NCBI GenBank assembly: GCA_017624275.1
Contig: JAGANG010000008.1
Span: 6,026 to 70,025, forward strand
Direction: 5' to 3'
DNA length: 64,000 bases
Origin: Spirochaetales bacterium
GTDB lineage: Bacteria; Spirochaetota; GWE2-31-10
Program-made: the position numbers and the translations under genes
The notes under the pieces: model-generated
Databases searched by the model: none
Told to the model about the DNA's origin: nothing
Seen by the model: only the letters and a program-made list of their open reading frames with translations
Shown here: in pieces, positions 11,323-23,256 of the stretch
Layout of the letters: every line of letters begins with the position of its first letter
Position numbering within the stretch: position 1 is the stretch's first letter

Positions 11323-12552
11323 ATGACTTTCAGTAATATTTTAACATCAGAAGTTACAGACATTTTAAAACATCTTGAAAATGCCGGCTTTGAAGCTTTT
11401 CTTGTCGGGGGTTGCGTAAGAGACGCAATTTTAGGACGGGAATGCCATGACATTGACATCGCTACAAACGCACAAGCTTCTGAAATGTTGGAAATATTCA
11501 AAAATTATGAAACCATGACTTCGGGAATAGAATTCGGGACTGTAAATGTAAAAGGGAAATCGGGAAATATTTTCGATATTACTTCGTTTCGTCAAGAGGG
11601 CGAATATTTAGACGGACGACATCCGTCGTATATCACTTTCAGCGGAGATATTCACACAGATTTGGCACGACGAGATTTTACGGTAAATGCTTTAGCTGTT
11701 AATTTACACGGAGAACTTGTAGACGACTACGGCGGATTGGAAGACTGCACTGCAAAAATAATCAAATGTGTTCGTACTGCAAAACAACGTTTTTCCGAAG
11801 ATTACCTGCGAATATTGCGAGCTTTAAGATTTTCCGCAGTGCTTGATTTTTCTATAGAAGGACAAACTGCCGCTGCAATACGAGAACTTGCACTGCTCAC
11901 TGCCGACATTCCGTCGGATCGTGCATTTGAAGAATTGAAAAAGCTTTTTTCTTCACCACACAATTTGCGATTGGAAAAATTGCTTGCAGACTTCAGCGAT
12001 GTTTTTAAAATTTTATTTCCTGATACAAATTTGCAAAATGCGACAAAAAGAATCGGGAAATTACAAAATGAAACAAACTTTATTTTAAAACTGGCAATAA
12101 TTTTTTCCAAGGCAAACTTATCCGACTGTTTTTTGTTGCAACACGAACATTTTCTTTCAAAATCTGATGAAAAACTTTTTCATTCATTGATTTATATTGA
12201 TTCTCGGAAATTGCAAACCAGAGAAAATGTTATAAAACAAATTACTTTGTTGGGTAAAGAAAACTTCAAATTGCTTTCGGCATTAAAAGAATCTTATTCT
12301 GATGAAAAAGAAATCATAACAGAAGTACAAAATGATATTGCTTCAGGATTTTTTCCTTTTGCGATAAATGAACTTAATATAAAAGGGACAGACCTGATTG
12401 CTGTAGGATTGCAGGGAAAAATTATCGGGCAGACTTTAGATTTGCTGTTGAGCCTTGTACAAAACAAAAAACTTCATAATGAAAAAGATGTTTTATTAAA
12501 ATGGGTAAAAGACAATTTACATCAATTACCCACTATTTTATCACTCAGTTAA
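11323..12552 (+). CDS. cca: CCA tRNA nucleotidyltransferase / poly(A) polymerase family
   Basis: VGGCVRD..LG...HDIDIAT, RRDFTVNA, EDYLRILRALRF. Confidence 0.85.
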   Translation: MTFSNILTSEVTDILKHLENAGFEAFLVGGCVRDAILGRECHDIDIATNAQASEMLEIFKNYETMTSGIEFGTVNVKGKSGNIFDITSFRQEGEYLDGRHPSYITFSGDIHTDLARRDFTVNALAVNLHGELVDDYGGLEDCTAKIIKCVRTAKQRFSEDYLRILRALRFSAVLDFSIEGQTAAAIRELALLTADIPSDRAFEELKKLFSSPHNLRLEKLLADFSDVFKILFPDTNLQNATKRIGKLQNETNFILKLAIIFSKANLSDCFLLQHEHFLSKSDEKLFHSLIYIDSRKLQTRENVIKQITLLGKENFKLLSALKESYSDEKEIITEVQNDIASGFFPFAINELNIKGTDLIAVGLQGKIIGQTLDLLLSLVQNKKLHNEKDVLLKWVKDNLHQLPTILSLS

Positions 12553-13031
12553 AATTTATAACCGAATCTCTTCAATAAATCACGACGTGCAATTTTGTCA
12601 GAGTCCGATTCAACACCTTTAGGCGAAACTCCGTCAATTACTCCGATTACTCCGGCTCCGTTATTTGCTTCTGTTGTTAATATGGTAACGGGATTTGCAG
12701 TAGCACAAAAAATTCTTGCAACTTCATCACAAGCTTTTACTTTTGCCATAATTTGAATAGGAAAAGCGTTTTTTAATAAAATAATAAATGTATGACCGCA
12801 AGCCGTAGTTTGCATCATTTCAATAGCTTTTTTCTCAAGCTCTTCGTCATTACTTTGATAACGAATCAATGCGTCTCCGGAAGCTTCATTAAATGCAATC
12901 GCATATTTTGACTGCGGAATGCTTGCACCTACAATTTCCGCCAAGTCATCTACAGTTTTAATAAAATGACTTTGTCCGAAAATCATATTAATTTCTCCGC
13001 CTAAATCGAAATAATGTGCTTTAATTTCCAT
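12549..13031 (-). CDS. Adenosine-specific kinase family (DUF355-like) protein
   Basis: GQSHFIKTV, AFNEASG, IFCATANP, GVIDG.SP, C-terminal GYK. Confidence 0.8.
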   Translation of the reverse strand: MEIKAHYFDLGGEINMIFGQSHFIKTVDDLAEIVGASIPQSKYAIAFNEASGDALIRYQSNDEELEKKAIEMMQTTACGHTFIILLKNAFPIQIMAKVKACDEVARIFCATANPVTILTTEANNGAGVIGVIDGVSPKGVESDSDKIARRDLLKRFGYKF

Positions 13032-13043
13032 TTTATAACTCCT

Positions 13044-14723
13044 TTATTTTTTCTTATGACGTAACATATTTTCTAAAATCTTACGCTGCGGATTATTTGC
13101 CGCAGAATAATGAACAATATTTATATCTTTGTGCTGTAAGTTTTTACCGCTTACAAACATTGCCGTAGAAATCGTTTGAGGTGTCGGAGTAAAATCTTGA
13201 TATTGCCTTGTACTGATTTTATTTTTTAATAAAAAATTCCCCAATGCTCTGGCACTGTCGTTTGTACTTCCGGGATGAGAAAGAATTAAATACGGCAACA
13301 TATAAAAACTCAGATGATTTTTCTTTTTAATTCGCTCAAAGAAATCAATAAAACGCTGAAATTCTTTAACCGGCGGTTTACGCATAAGTCGCAAAATGTC
13401 GTCACAAAAATGTTCCGGTGCAATCTTTAAATGCCCGGAAGTAAAATTGCATATCATTTGCTCTGCGGCTGTTTCATTTTCCAATGCCATGTCGTAACGA
13501 ATCCCGGAGTTTATAAATACATGCTTTACTTCCGGAAGGTCGCAAACTTTGAACAGTAAATCAACATATTCATTTTGATTCATTTGTAAGTTCGGACAGA
13601 CTGTGGGAAAAAGGCATTTCGGGTCTTTACAACCGCCGATTTTACATATTGATGCATACATGTTTGCCGTCGGTCCGCCGACATCGGTAATCGTGCCGTG
13701 AAAATTATCTGACAATGCAATTTTCTTTACTTCTGCAATAATTGATTCTTCACTTCTTTTGCTTATTAAAGGGCCTTGATGTGACGTTATCGCACAAAAA
13801 CTGCACCGCCCGAAACATCCTCGATGTGATGTCACTGAATGTTGTATCATTTTCCACGCCGGCACACGTTCACAATATTCCGGGAAATTTCGTCTGTACG
13901 GCAATGCATACACGGCGTCCATTTCGTCCTGAGTCAACAACGCTTGCGGTCTGAAAGATGCGACAATCGCACTGCCGTCTTGCTGATAAAGACCGACGGC
14001 TGTTTCATGAACCATATTGGCTTCTATCAGCGATGTGGCTTCCAATAAGTTTTCTTTATTATCAATAATTTCTTCATAAGATGGCAAACGAACCAAACCG
14101 TCGCATTCGTCAGCCTTAATTTTTACGACTGTTCCCTCAATTCCTTTCAAACTTTGTTGATTTTTAATACGTTCGGCAATTTCAACCATAGATTTTTCGC
14201 CCATTCCGTAACTGATAATATCAGCTTTGCTGTCCAGTAAAATTGAATGACGAATTTTATCCTGAACGTAATCGTAATGAGCAAAACGACGTAATGACGC
14301 CTCAATCCCGCCGAGTACAATAGGAATTTTCTTGTAACGCTGCTTTAGAAAAGAAGTATAAACAATAGTAGCCCGATCCGGTCGTTTTTGATGTCCCTGG
14401 GGAAAAAACGGATTTGCGTCGATTGAATAAGCGTCTTCTTTTCGTCGACTTCGAGTTCCGGTGTAATTACTTACGATACTGTCTATATTTCCGGCTGTAA
14501 TACCTACAAAAAGTCGCACTTCCGGTAATAATTTAAGAAGTGCAGCATTGCGATAATCCGGTTGACTCCATATTGCTACCGTATAGCCGGCATTTTCAAG
14601 GACACGTGCTATTATCGCAATTCCGAATGAAGGATGATCAATATAAGCGTCTCCGGTAACAAGTAAAATATCCACGGAATTCGGAGTAACTTTTGTTTCC
14701 GGCAAAAAAAACAGATTTTCCAT
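13044..14723 (-). CDS. YgiQ/UPF0313 family radical SAM protein
   Basis: GDAYIDHPSFG, GGIEASLRR, HRGCFGRCSFC, DVGGPTANMY, FTPTP. Confidence 0.92.
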   Translation of the reverse strand: MENLFFLPETKVTPNSVDILLVTGDAYIDHPSFGIAIIARVLENAGYTVAIWSQPDYRNAALLKLLPEVRLFVGITAGNIDSIVSNYTGTRSRRKEDAYSIDANPFFPQGHQKRPDRATIVYTSFLKQRYKKIPIVLGGIEASLRRFAHYDYVQDKIRHSILLDSKADIISYGMGEKSMVEIAERIKNQQSLKGIEGTVVKIKADECDGLVRLPSYEEIIDNKENLLEATSLIEANMVHETAVGLYQQDGSAIVASFRPQALLTQDEMDAVYALPYRRNFPEYCERVPAWKMIQHSVTSHRGCFGRCSFCAITSHQGPLISKRSEESIIAEVKKIALSDNFHGTITDVGGPTANMYASICKIGGCKDPKCLFPTVCPNLQMNQNEYVDLLFKVCDLPEVKHVFINSGIRYDMALENETAAEQMICNFTSGHLKIAPEHFCDDILRLMRKPPVKEFQRFIDFFERIKKKNHLSFYMLPYLILSHPGSTNDSARALGNFLLKNKISTRQYQDFTPTPQTISTAMFVSGKNLQHKDINIVHYSAANNPQRKILENMLRHKKK

Positions 14724-14735
14724 AATTATGCGAAA

Positions 14736-14894
14736 TTACCTTTGCTTATCAATTTCAATATCTTGCAAAGGCACATTTTGCATTCGCAACACTTTGTTTA
14801 TTTCATTTTGAAAATCGTGGGATTCTAAAATATTCTTATCCATTTTATAATCTTGACGTCTGATTTTTTCCAAAACTGATTCTTTTTTATTCAT
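14736..14894 (-). CDS. Small hypothetical protein, 52 aa (below the ORF-track cutoff)
   Basis: MNKKESVLEKIRRQDYKMDKNILESHDFQNEINKVLRMQNVPLQDIEIDKQR with AAAGGT upstream; fills the gap between two co-oriented genes. Confidence 0.55.
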   Translation of the reverse strand: MNKKESVLEKIRRQDYKMDKNILESHDFQNEINKVLRMQNVPLQDIEIDKQR

Positions 14895-14927
14895 TTTCTT
14901 TTACCTTTTTTAATCTGCAAACTTTTT

Positions 14928-16229
14928 TTATGAATTAATAAATTCAATCATTTTATCACGAATAAGACAGAATGTTTTTCTGCGTTGTTCATCATCTTCT
15001 TCCAATGACGTAAGACGAATCCCGTTAATTTTTGAATAAAAACTGGTCAGCGGCACGGTGATAATTCCCGTAGCTCCCAGCAAATAATAAACAAAACGTT
15101 TATCATCGGCGATTTTACCTTTACACAATCGCTCTATTTCTTCACGAATAACAGGATTTTCAATATGTAATGTTTTATTTTTACCCAAAACCCCGTCTTC
15201 AAACAATACTGTCATATAAAATGCACCGCGTGGCTGAATAAATTTTATTCCCTTTGTAGAACCGAAAATCTCTCTTGCTTCATTGGCACGAGCTTCAAAT
15301 TTATCAACACGCATTTTTAAATGGGCCGGGTAATTTTTATGCCCCATCACAATAGGAATAGATTTTTGCGGTAATGTCGTAGAACAAACTTCCAAGCGTT
15401 TTGCTTTTAGTATTGTCTCTATATATTTTGCAAATTGCGGATCTTTATTTTTATTATAAACTTCCATCCAGCCGCATCGAGATCCCGGCCAAGGATATTC
15501 TTTACTGATTCCTTTTATACTGATTCCGCAGGCATTACCGATTACTTCCGCCAATTTTACGGGTTCACCGTTAGAATATACCAATTCATTATAAATCTCA
15601 TCGCATATAATAAATAAATCAAGCTCTTCTGCAATTTCACATATACGTTTAAGATTTGCCTTGGAAACTGTCGCTCCGGTAGGATTGTGAGGATTTATAA
15701 TCAATATTCCGGCAATGGAATCGTTGTATTTTGCTTTATTGTAAATCTCATCTACGTCCGGCTCCCAGTTGTTGTTTGGGTCAAGGCGATATGTCAAATG
15801 TTCATATCCTGAATGAGCAGCTTCTGCCGAAGAATGGGAAGAATACGCCGGAGTCGGTCCTATTACACGAGCTTCACGCTTTAAATGCCCGAATATTTTC
15901 GCAACCGCATCACCTAATCCGTTGAAAAAATAAATATCATCTGCCGTTATCTGACAACCGTTTAAAGCGTTGACCTTTGCAGCTAAAAACTCTCTGGTTG
16001 CAAGAACACCTTGTGTATTACAATATGCCCATGTTTCATCATCATCCATCAGTTTTTTAATTTCTTCTTTTATCCAAGGAGCGACCTCTTCGCCTTTTGC
16101 TATCGGATCTCCTATATTTTCGTATGTCAATTTCAAGCCTAATTTTTCCAACTTTTCGGCTATGACTACGATTTCACGAATTTCGTATGATAATGACTCT
16201 GCCCCTGCCGGCACAATATCTCTTCTCAT
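14928..16229 (-). CDS. PLP-dependent aminotransferase class I/II
   Basis: NIGDP, INPHNPTG, DEIY, GISKEYPWPGSRCGW. Confidence 0.9.
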   Translation of the reverse strand: MRRDIVPAGAESLSYEIREIVVIAEKLEKLGLKLTYENIGDPIAKGEEVAPWIKEEIKKLMDDDETWAYCNTQGVLATREFLAAKVNALNGCQITADDIYFFNGLGDAVAKIFGHLKREARVIGPTPAYSSHSSAEAAHSGYEHLTYRLDPNNNWEPDVDEIYNKAKYNDSIAGILIINPHNPTGATVSKANLKRICEIAEELDLFIICDEIYNELVYSNGEPVKLAEVIGNACGISIKGISKEYPWPGSRCGWMEVYNKNKDPQFAKYIETILKAKRLEVCSTTLPQKSIPIVMGHKNYPAHLKMRVDKFEARANEAREIFGSTKGIKFIQPRGAFYMTVLFEDGVLGKNKTLHIENPVIREEIERLCKGKIADDKRFVYYLLGATGIITVPLTSFYSKINGIRLTSLEEDDEQRRKTFCLIRDKMIEFINS

Positions 16230-16390
16230 ATAAGGAACCTCCGGTTCATCTAAAAATCGATAAACTCTTTATTAAAGAGTCGTTATAATCCAAAATTAAA
16301 ATTATTACAATGTAAAGTTTAATAAACCCATTTAAGAATTTATTTGCATTTTCAGACTTGTTCTTTTCCTCTTTTGCGATATTAAAAAAT

Positions 16391-17746
16391 TTACAGTTGA
16401 AAATCTTCCGCCACAACCGTGTTTATCAATACAGAATTTTCTATTGTACCGTTAAATTGATACAAATCTACCCGACAAGTTTTATCCGTTTCGTCAGGAG
16501 TAATCACAATAAAAGTTTTATCGGGCGTTTTTTTATCAAGCCATTTTTTGTCAATCCATGAACCGGCATTCGCATAAATTTTTCGGTATTCTGAATTTTG
16601 TACTATTTTCAAAACAGGGAAATGAGTATGTCCCATTATCAAAATTTTTTGTCGAGAAGTTTGAGGAAGTAAATATTCGGCTATTGCCGTATCATCAAAA
16701 TATGACGGAAAAACTCCGGTAAAAAGAGCCTCTCGAATGCTGAGTTTTATCGGAACATTATTTATTTCCTGCCTTAAATTCCATTCTGATGTTTTGTAAG
16801 TATCTTTATATAAAACTCGGGAATCTTTGAAATTTCCCCAAAAAGTCGGAATAATATCGGAATAGCTATACAATCCGGGACGTTGTATCAAATCGTCGGT
16901 ATGAATAATTTTTTTATTCCAATCTTTTTCATCAATACTGTTAGGCTTATTATAAAGTATCAATTTCCACGCAGCCAAATATAAGTCGTAATCTCTATAT
17001 AACGCATCAAACCATTTTGTTCCTACATTATACCCAAACGACATTCGAGATTTATTCAAATCACTTGATGAAGCTATTTTTGAAACAATAAAGCCCGGAG
17101 GAATAATGGAATTTTCATTTATGCCGGCATTGGAAATACAATCCGGTGCATTAAAAAAATCCAGCCTGTGACCATGTTCTATTCTTGTAAGTCCGTTTTG
17201 TGTCAGGTAAAACCCAAGCCCGGCAGCGTCATTTTGATTCTTACAAGTAATTACATCTGTACCAAAAATACGATTGAGTTTCTCTTGATTAAGAAGCATG
17301 TCATGATTGCCGGGCGTGTAATAAATTTCAATTCCTGCGTTTTTTATATTTCTAAATGCTTTGACAATATTTTCGTTTGCACGACAAACAGAATCTAAAA
17401 AAGTATTTTCATTATCTTCAATATTGTCTCCCCACACTCTTACATTTACGGGAGCAACCCATTCATCAACCAAATCTCCCGCAATTACTAATTCTTTAAT
17501 CCATTCGGAAGATGCAATACAGTTTAAAAAATTTGCAAGCTCTTTTCTGTTTTCTACAAGCCAGCCGTAAGGTTTATGAATCGTACCGGAACAAGCTCGT
17601 TCATCTCCCATGTGAATATCGCTGATTACTACAGTAGCATTACGCCGGTTTTCAAAAGTGTTGCTTAAAGTAAAATCTCCGTGAAATGAACAGCCGAAAA
17701 GTAATACAAAGATAGCAAAAGATAATTTAAGAAGTGTTTTTTCCAA
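16391..17746 (-). CDS. Metallophosphoesterase (calcineurin-like) lipoprotein
   Basis: SDIH, GDLVD, GNHD, HGH, GHTH. TTG start at 17746 follows GGAGG and gives a signal peptide with lipobox LFGC. Confidence 0.8.
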   Translation of the reverse strand: MEKTLLKLSFAIFVLLFGCSFHGDFTLSNTFENRRNATVVISDIHMGDERACSGTIHKPYGWLVENRKELANFLNCIASSEWIKELVIAGDLVDEWVAPVNVRVWGDNIEDNENTFLDSVCRANENIVKAFRNIKNAGIEIYYTPGNHDMLLNQEKLNRIFGTDVITCKNQNDAAGLGFYLTQNGLTRIEHGHRLDFFNAPDCISNAGINENSIIPPGFIVSKIASSSDLNKSRMSFGYNVGTKWFDALYRDYDLYLAAWKLILYNKPNSIDEKDWNKKIIHTDDLIQRPGLYSYSDIIPTFWGNFKDSRVLYKDTYKTSEWNLRQEINNVPIKLSIREALFTGVFPSYFDDTAIAEYLLPQTSRQKILIMGHTHFPVLKIVQNSEYRKIYANAGSWIDKKWLDKKTPDKTFIVITPDETDKTCRVDLYQFNGTIENSVLINTVVAEDFQL

Positions 17747-17897
17747 AATGTGCCTCCAAAGATAAAAATAATATATCTGCAAGGCAAAAGAATTTACAAA
17801 AAAAAGCCTTCTAGTCAAGATTCGAATATGTAATATCAAGTATTTTAATAGTAAATATCAATCCTCTGAAATTCACACTTTATTCTGATATGAATAT

Positions 17898-18572
17898 TTA
17901 CCATACAAAAGGAATTATTCGCCAACGTACTTTTTGTTTGTATTCGCAATATCCGGGCAAACCGGCTTCCAGCACTTTTTCTTCATTTTTAATACGAATA
18001 GCAATTACAAAAGGATAAGGCAAAAACAAAATCAATGCAAACCACGAGCCCAGCACCAACGGCATTGATAAAAATAATAAAATTGTGGCTGTGTACATCG
18101 GATGACGAACAATTCCGTAAAGCCCGGTATCGATAATTTTTTGATTATTTTGAATCTCTACAGTTCTGGAAAGATACGCATTTTCTTTCATTACACGAGC
18201 ATAAAGACCGTAAGACAGCAATAATACAATTCCCGATATTATCGTAACGGCAAAAGGTACTTTTGACCAACCGAATCTATAATCCAAACCGGCAGTTACA
18301 AAACCGGCGACAAACATCAAAAATGAAAATATCACAACGCCTTTTTGCGTATTTTCTTTTTCCTTTGCCGACAAACGCTTTTCTAAAAGTTGCGGAGCTT
18401 TGATAAACAAAAAAATTCCTAAAATTAACATGGGAACAAAAAGTAAACCGATAAAAATCCACCCTTTTATAAAATTTAAACTTCCTGCCGGTACAAACAA
18501 TAAAGCTGCAATTAAAATAAAACCACTTAAATATTTTACTGTTGCATTAACAAAAAGCTTCGTTGTATTCAT
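17898..18572 (-). CDS. Isoprenylcysteine carboxylmethyltransferase family membrane protein
   Basis: Multiple TM segments, TGLYGIVRHPMY, RI..EE, Y.EY...V..RIIP. Confidence 0.88.
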   Translation of the reverse strand: MNTTKLFVNATVKYLSGFILIAALLFVPAGSLNFIKGWIFIGLLFVPMLILGIFLFIKAPQLLEKRLSAKEKENTQKGVVIFSFLMFVAGFVTAGLDYRFGWSKVPFAVTIISGIVLLLSYGLYARVMKENAYLSRTVEIQNNQKIIDTGLYGIVRHPMYTATILLFLSMPLVLGSWFALILFLPYPFVIAIRIKNEEKVLEAGLPGYCEYKQKVRWRIIPFVW

Positions 18573-18675
18573 AATTTCTCCCTCATTTAATTATGTTTAA
18601 TTTTCGTTGATGATATTACAAAAATCAAAGCCGGAACTATAATTTTTGTAAAGTTGACGCAATTATTTTTATAAA

Positions 18676-18714
18676 CAAAAAACGTAAGCCCGTGGTGTTT
18701 GGACTTACGTTTTC
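18676..18714 (-). terminator. Intrinsic terminator after the MCP gene
   Basis: AAAACGTAAG / CTTACGTTTT stem. Confidence 0.6.
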
Positions 18715-18763
18715 GCTACTCAACAGTTCGTGATTTATTATAAAAAAATCTGATGTCAAAAAA

Positions 18764-20914
18764 TTAGGTTTTAAATTTTCCTATTTCTTCCATTATCATA
18801 CGAATATTTTCTACATTGTCTTCACTGTCTTGGGAAATTCCGGAAACAATAATTCGCAAATCTGAATTTTCTTGTTCCATATTTTCCATAGAACTTTCCA
18901 ATGCCTGACTTTTATTCTTAAGATCTTCGGCACCACTCAAAAGTTCCTGATTTATCATGTTTACATTGTCTGAAGCTTTTCTTACCTGTTCAGTCAGATT
19001 CAAAAGTATATGCAACGAATCAAAAACTTGCGATGAAACATTTTTTTGTTCAAATAAAGAATTTCCATTTTCTTCAAAAAAGTTGCTGACCGTAACCAAC
19101 TCGGAATATAACTGCTCAAAAATTGTATTGATTTTGTCCGTTTGCATAACAACTTGGTCAATATAACCTCTGATTGTTTCCATACTGGAATTAATCTCTC
19201 TCGATTGAGAACTTGTTCCTTCGGCAAGTTTACGAATTTCATTTGCTACAATCGCAAAACCTTTACCTGCCTCTCCGGCATGTGCTGCCTCGATAGCTGC
19301 ATTCATCGCCAAAAGATTTGTTTGCTGTGCAATTTCATCAATCATTTTATTTACTTCCAAAAGGTTCTCTGATTTATTTACAACTTGAGCAACGGATTCC
19401 GTCATTTCATTTAAACACGATTTTCCGTCTATCGAAAGTTTGTTCAAACCGGTGATTTCTTCACGGAAAGAAGAATTGTTATCTGCAATTTCGGAAATAT
19501 TTTTAATTATTTCCTGAACACTTCCGGAAGTCTCATCAATCATCACCGACTGATTTTGAATTATTTGATTTAATGCAAAGATTTCTTTTGAATATTCATT
19601 AATATTTTTGTGCATAGAATGAACATTTTCCAATTCAAGCTGAATATTTTCACGCATTTTATTCACTTCACTATTAATACCATTAAGTCCAGCTTCTCCG
19701 CTAATTATAGACTTCGACAATTTATCTCCCGTATTACTCATATTAATACTGTTGTCTTTTATTTTTATAATTATATTTCTCAACGAAGCCACAAAATTAT
19801 TGAAATTACGTGAAAGAGTACCGATTTCACTTGTCGATGTAACCGGAAGTTCAGCTGTAAGATCCCCTTTCCCATGAGAAATTTCCTCCAGTGCTTCCGA
19901 AAGAGATACTATCGGTTTGGAAATCAATGAGGAAACAAACAATGACGGGAAAATCATTAAAAAGCTTATTATAAGAATTCCTAATAATAAAATTCCTGTT
20001 AAAGCTCTTATATGTCCGGAATTAATCAATTCTTTCTGGGGCGTCACCATTACAAGCTTCCAATCGTATATTCCGATAGGTGAAATAGAAACAAATGATT
20101 TTGCATTGTTTTCAGAAATAGGAAAAACCTTTGTATCTCCGAAATGTTGCAACTGCTGAAGTGAATATTTTCCGTTAAGAACTTCCGCAACCTGTCGCCA
20201 AGCTAAACTTTCATTATTTTCTGAAATTACCCTTGTCCACAAATCTTGTTTTTGTGCCGACGCCACAACACGGTTTTTAGTTTTATCTCCGCCGGTAGCT
20301 ACAATCATAAGATAAGAATTTTCCGTATATTTATAATTATTGATTAATTCTGACATATATTCCATGTTAATAAAACTTGCCAGATTCCCTATTTGTCGCT
20401 TTCCGTCCCATACAGGAACAGCCAACGGGAAAATTTTATTACCTGTAGATTTTGAAATATTAGGCATACAGATAACATCCTTACCTTTTACCGGCTCTTC
20501 AAAATAATCTCGCCCTTTCAAACTTACCGGCGGATTTTTATGTACTTTTTGAGAATGGATAATTTCATCTCCTTTCATATCTGTCACAAGAAAGTGTGAA
20601 TATACATTTATCATATTTTTATTACCGGTTTTGAAAATCGTATTATCCACAATTTTTGCAAGATAATCGTCAGCTATTGACGAATCCATAGAACGAATTT
20701 GTGTCGTATTTGCAATTTGTTGCGTAACTCGCAATTCATTATCAAAAATGTTTTTGACGACTTCTTTTACAATATTGCTATGTGATGCATAAGCAGTTAT
20801 CATTTCTTGCTTTAAATTTTTACTGCTTACTTGAATTGAAAATAAAGCACTGATTAATGCTGAAAAAAATACAGTGGCAGTAATACCTGTACTGAGTGAA
20901 TATTTTAGTTTCAT
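18764..20914 (-). CDS. Methyl-accepting chemotaxis protein (Cache-like sensor, HAMP)
   Basis: Two TM segments, GRDYF Cache motif, GDLT..L....[31 protein letters not shown]. Confidence 0.93.
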   Translation of the reverse strand: MKLKYSLSTGITATVFFSALISALFSIQVSSKNLKQEMITAYASHSNIVKEVVKNIFDNELRVTQQIANTTQIRSMDSSIADDYLAKIVDNTIFKTGNKNMINVYSHFLVTDMKGDEIIHSQKVHKNPPVSLKGRDYFEEPVKGKDVICMPNISKSTGNKIFPLAVPVWDGKRQIGNLASFINMEYMSELINNYKYTENSYLMIVATGGDKTKNRVVASAQKQDLWTRVISENNESLAWRQVAEVLNGKYSLQQLQHFGDTKVFPISENNAKSFVSISPIGIYDWKLVMVTPQKELINSGHIRALTGILLLGILIISFLMIFPSLFVSSLISKPIVSLSEALEEISHGKGDLTAELPVTSTSEIGTLSRNFNNFVASLRNIIIKIKDNSINMSNTGDKLSKSIISGEAGLNGINSEVNKMRENIQLELENVHSMHKNINEYSKEIFALNQIIQNQSVMIDETSGSVQEIIKNISEIADNNSSFREEITGLNKLSIDGKSCLNEMTESVAQVVNKSENLLEVNKMIDEIAQQTNLLAMNAAIEAAHAGEAGKGFAIVANEIRKLAEGTSSQSREINSSMETIRGYIDQVVMQTDKINTIFEQLYSELVTVSNFFEENGNSLFEQKNVSSQVFDSLHILLNLTEQVRKASDNVNMINQELLSGAEDLKNKSQALESSMENMEQENSDLRIIVSGISQDSEDNVENIRMIMEEIGKFKT

Positions 20915-21085
20915 TCCTCAACTCCATGCAAAATTAAAATCACGGTATTATATATTTTCATCAACATCTTACATTCTCATATTTAAAAAATATCAATAAA
21001 ACGATTATCATTTACAAATTTAAAACAAAATTTATTCCGTACAAACCTTTCTGCAGTCGATAAAGTAAAGTTTATTTGCATAATA

Positions 21086-21114
21086 TTGACAATCAAACAG
21101 TCTTTAAGTATAAA
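21086..21114 (+). promoter_or_regulatory. Sigma70-type promoter of thrH
   Basis: TTGACA-17 nt-TATAAA. Confidence 0.7.
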
Positions 21115-21149
21115 AAACGCAAATTTTAACCTTACTTGGAGATGAAAAA

Positions 21150-21764
21150 ATGATTGTAGCCTGTTTAGACTTAGAGGGCGTTTTAGTACCTGAAATTTGG
21201 ATTGCCGTAGCTGAAAAAACCGGAATTGACGATTTACGTCTTACTACCAGAGATATCAGTGATTACGATAAATTGATGAAACACAGATTAAGTATTTTAG
21301 ATAAGCACGGAATTGATATTAACCTGATTCAAGAAGTTATCAGCAAAGTTGATCCTTTACCGGGTGCTGTAGAATTTATGAATAAATTAAGAGAAAAATT
21401 TCAGATTATAATTTTGTCTGACACTTTCTATCAATTTGGAATGCCGTTAATGAAAAAACTCGGTAATCCGACATTGTTCTGTCACAATCTAGTGGTAGAT
21501 GAAGCAGGAAAAATTGTAGATTACAAATTGCGTATGCCTGACCAAAAACGTGAAGCGGTAAAACGATTGAAAGAAATTAATTTTAATGTAATCGCTTCAG
21601 GTGACAGTTATAATGATACAAATATGCTTTCTGTAGCAGACCGAGGTGTTTTATTCTGTCCGCCTCAAAATGTTATCAACGAATTCCCTCAATATCCGGT
21701 AGCGTTGAACCATGAAGAGCTTTTCAATTACTTTGTTAAAGCTGAAAAAGAAATTAATAGCTAG
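21150..21764 (+). CDS. thrH: Phosphoserine phosphatase / homoserine phosphotransferase
   Basis: CLDLEGVLVPEIW, TTRDI.DYD.LM, ILSDTF, GDSYND. Confidence 0.93.
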   Translation: MIVACLDLEGVLVPEIWIAVAEKTGIDDLRLTTRDISDYDKLMKHRLSILDKHGIDINLIQEVISKVDPLPGAVEFMNKLREKFQIIILSDTFYQFGMPLMKKLGNPTLFCHNLVVDEAGKIVDYKLRMPDQKREAVKRLKEINFNVIASGDSYNDTNMLSVADRGVLFCPPQNVINEFPQYPVALNHEELFNYFVKAEKEINS

Positions 21765-21775
21765 TTATAAATACT

Positions 21776-21824
21776 AAAAGGGAACTGTCTGATAGGTAAA
21801 CTTTGCAGACAGTTCCCTTTTTTT
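21776..21824. terminator. Bidirectional terminator between thrH and asnS
   Basis: AAAAGGGAACTGTCTG / CAGACAGTTCCCTTTT. Confidence 0.85.
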
Positions 21825-21836
21825 ATAAGTAATAAA

Positions 21837-23234
21837 TTAAAATTCTGCGTTTTTGAATGTTCTCGGGAACGGAATTACATCCCGAATATTTTGCATTCCG
21901 GTTAATAATAATATCAACCGTTCAAATCCCAGTCCGAATCCGGCGTGGGGCACGGTACCGAATTTACGTAATTCCAAATACCAGGAATAATCTTTTTCGT
22001 CCAATCCCAATTCGTTAATTCGTTGCAGTAAAATATTATAATTTTCCTCACGTTCACTTCCGCCGATGATTTCGCCGATTCCAGGAACAAGAATATCCAT
22101 TGCACGAACAGTTTTTTTATCGTCATTTAATTTCATATAAAATGCTTTAATTTCTTTAGGGTAACCGGTAACCGTCACCGGGCATTTATAAATATTTTCA
22201 GTCAAATAACGTTCGTGTTCCGATTGCAAATCATTTCCCCATTTTACAGGGAATTCAAACTTCACGCCAGATTTTATCGCCTTTTCAAGCTCCTCGATTG
22301 CTTGCGTATATGTAATTCTGGCAAAAGGTTGTTCACAAATTTGTTGCAATCTTGCCAAAAGTCCTTTGTCTATCCATTGATTTAAGAAGCTTAAATCATC
22401 AGCACAATTATCCATTACATCTTTGATTACATATTTCAATAATGATTCTGCCGTGTCCATATCGCCGTCGATATCACAAAAAGCCATTTCCGGTTCTATC
22501 ATCCAAAACTCTGCAAGATGTCGAGTCGTATTAGAATGCTCGGCTCGAAATGTCGGCCCGAAAGTATAACAATTTCCCATTGCCGTAGCGTAAATTTCAG
22601 CCTCAAGCTGTCCGCTTACGGTAAGACTTGTTTTTTTACCGAAAAAATCTTTGCTGTAGTCGACTTCGCCGTTTTCTGTCGGAACTTTTTCCAACGGCAA
22701 TGTAGTCACTTGAAACATTTGTCCGGCACCTTCACAGTCACTGGCACTTATTAACGGCGTATGAATATAGTAAAAACCTTTTGACTGGAAAAAATTATGA
22801 ATAGCAAAAGAAGCACGACTTCTGATTCTCATTACGGCGGCAATAGTGTTTGTTCTCGGGCGTAAATGTCCGATTTCACGTAAATATTCCAAAGAATGAC
22901 GTTTTTTTTGCAACGGATAAGTAGCTCCGTCAGCTTCACCGAATAAAGTAACGCTGTCGATTGTTGTGTGCAATTCTAAAGGTTGTTTACCTTGCGACGG
23001 CTCAATTGTTCCGTCGATTTGCACGCTGGCACCGGTATTCAAAGCTCGCAATCTGGTATCATTTTCACTATGGTCTACAATTACTTGCAAATTTGTCACA
23101 CAAGAACCGTCATTTATTTCTAAAAAAGTAAATGTTTTCGATTCTCGTTTTGTACGAATCCAACCATATACGGTGATTTTTTGATGTTCTGCCGTCATTG
23201 TCAGAATATTTTTAATTCTGTTTTGATTATACAT
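21837..23234 (-). CDS. asnS: Asparagine--tRNA ligase
   Basis: [50 protein letters not shown]. Confidence 0.97.
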   Translation of the reverse strand: MYNQNRIKNILTMTAEHQKITVYGWIRTKRESKTFTFLEINDGSCVTNLQVIVDHSENDTRLRALNTGASVQIDGTIEPSQGKQPLELHTTIDSVTLFGEADGATYPLQKKRHSLEYLREIGHLRPRTNTIAAVMRIRSRASFAIHNFFQSKGFYYIHTPLISASDCEGAGQMFQVTTLPLEKVPTENGEVDYSKDFFGKKTSLTVSGQLEAEIYATAMGNCYTFGPTFRAEHSNTTRHLAEFWMIEPEMAFCDIDGDMDTAESLLKYVIKDVMDNCADDLSFLNQWIDKGLLARLQQICEQPFARITYTQAIEELEKAIKSGVKFEFPVKWGNDLQSEHERYLTENIYKCPVTVTGYPKEIKAFYMKLNDDKKTVRAMDILVPGIGEIIGGSEREENYNILLQRINELGLDEKDYSWYLELRKFGTVPHAGFGLGFERLILLLTGMQNIRDVIPFPRTFKNAEF

Positions 23235-23256
23235 AATTAATCTTTCCTGTAATTTT

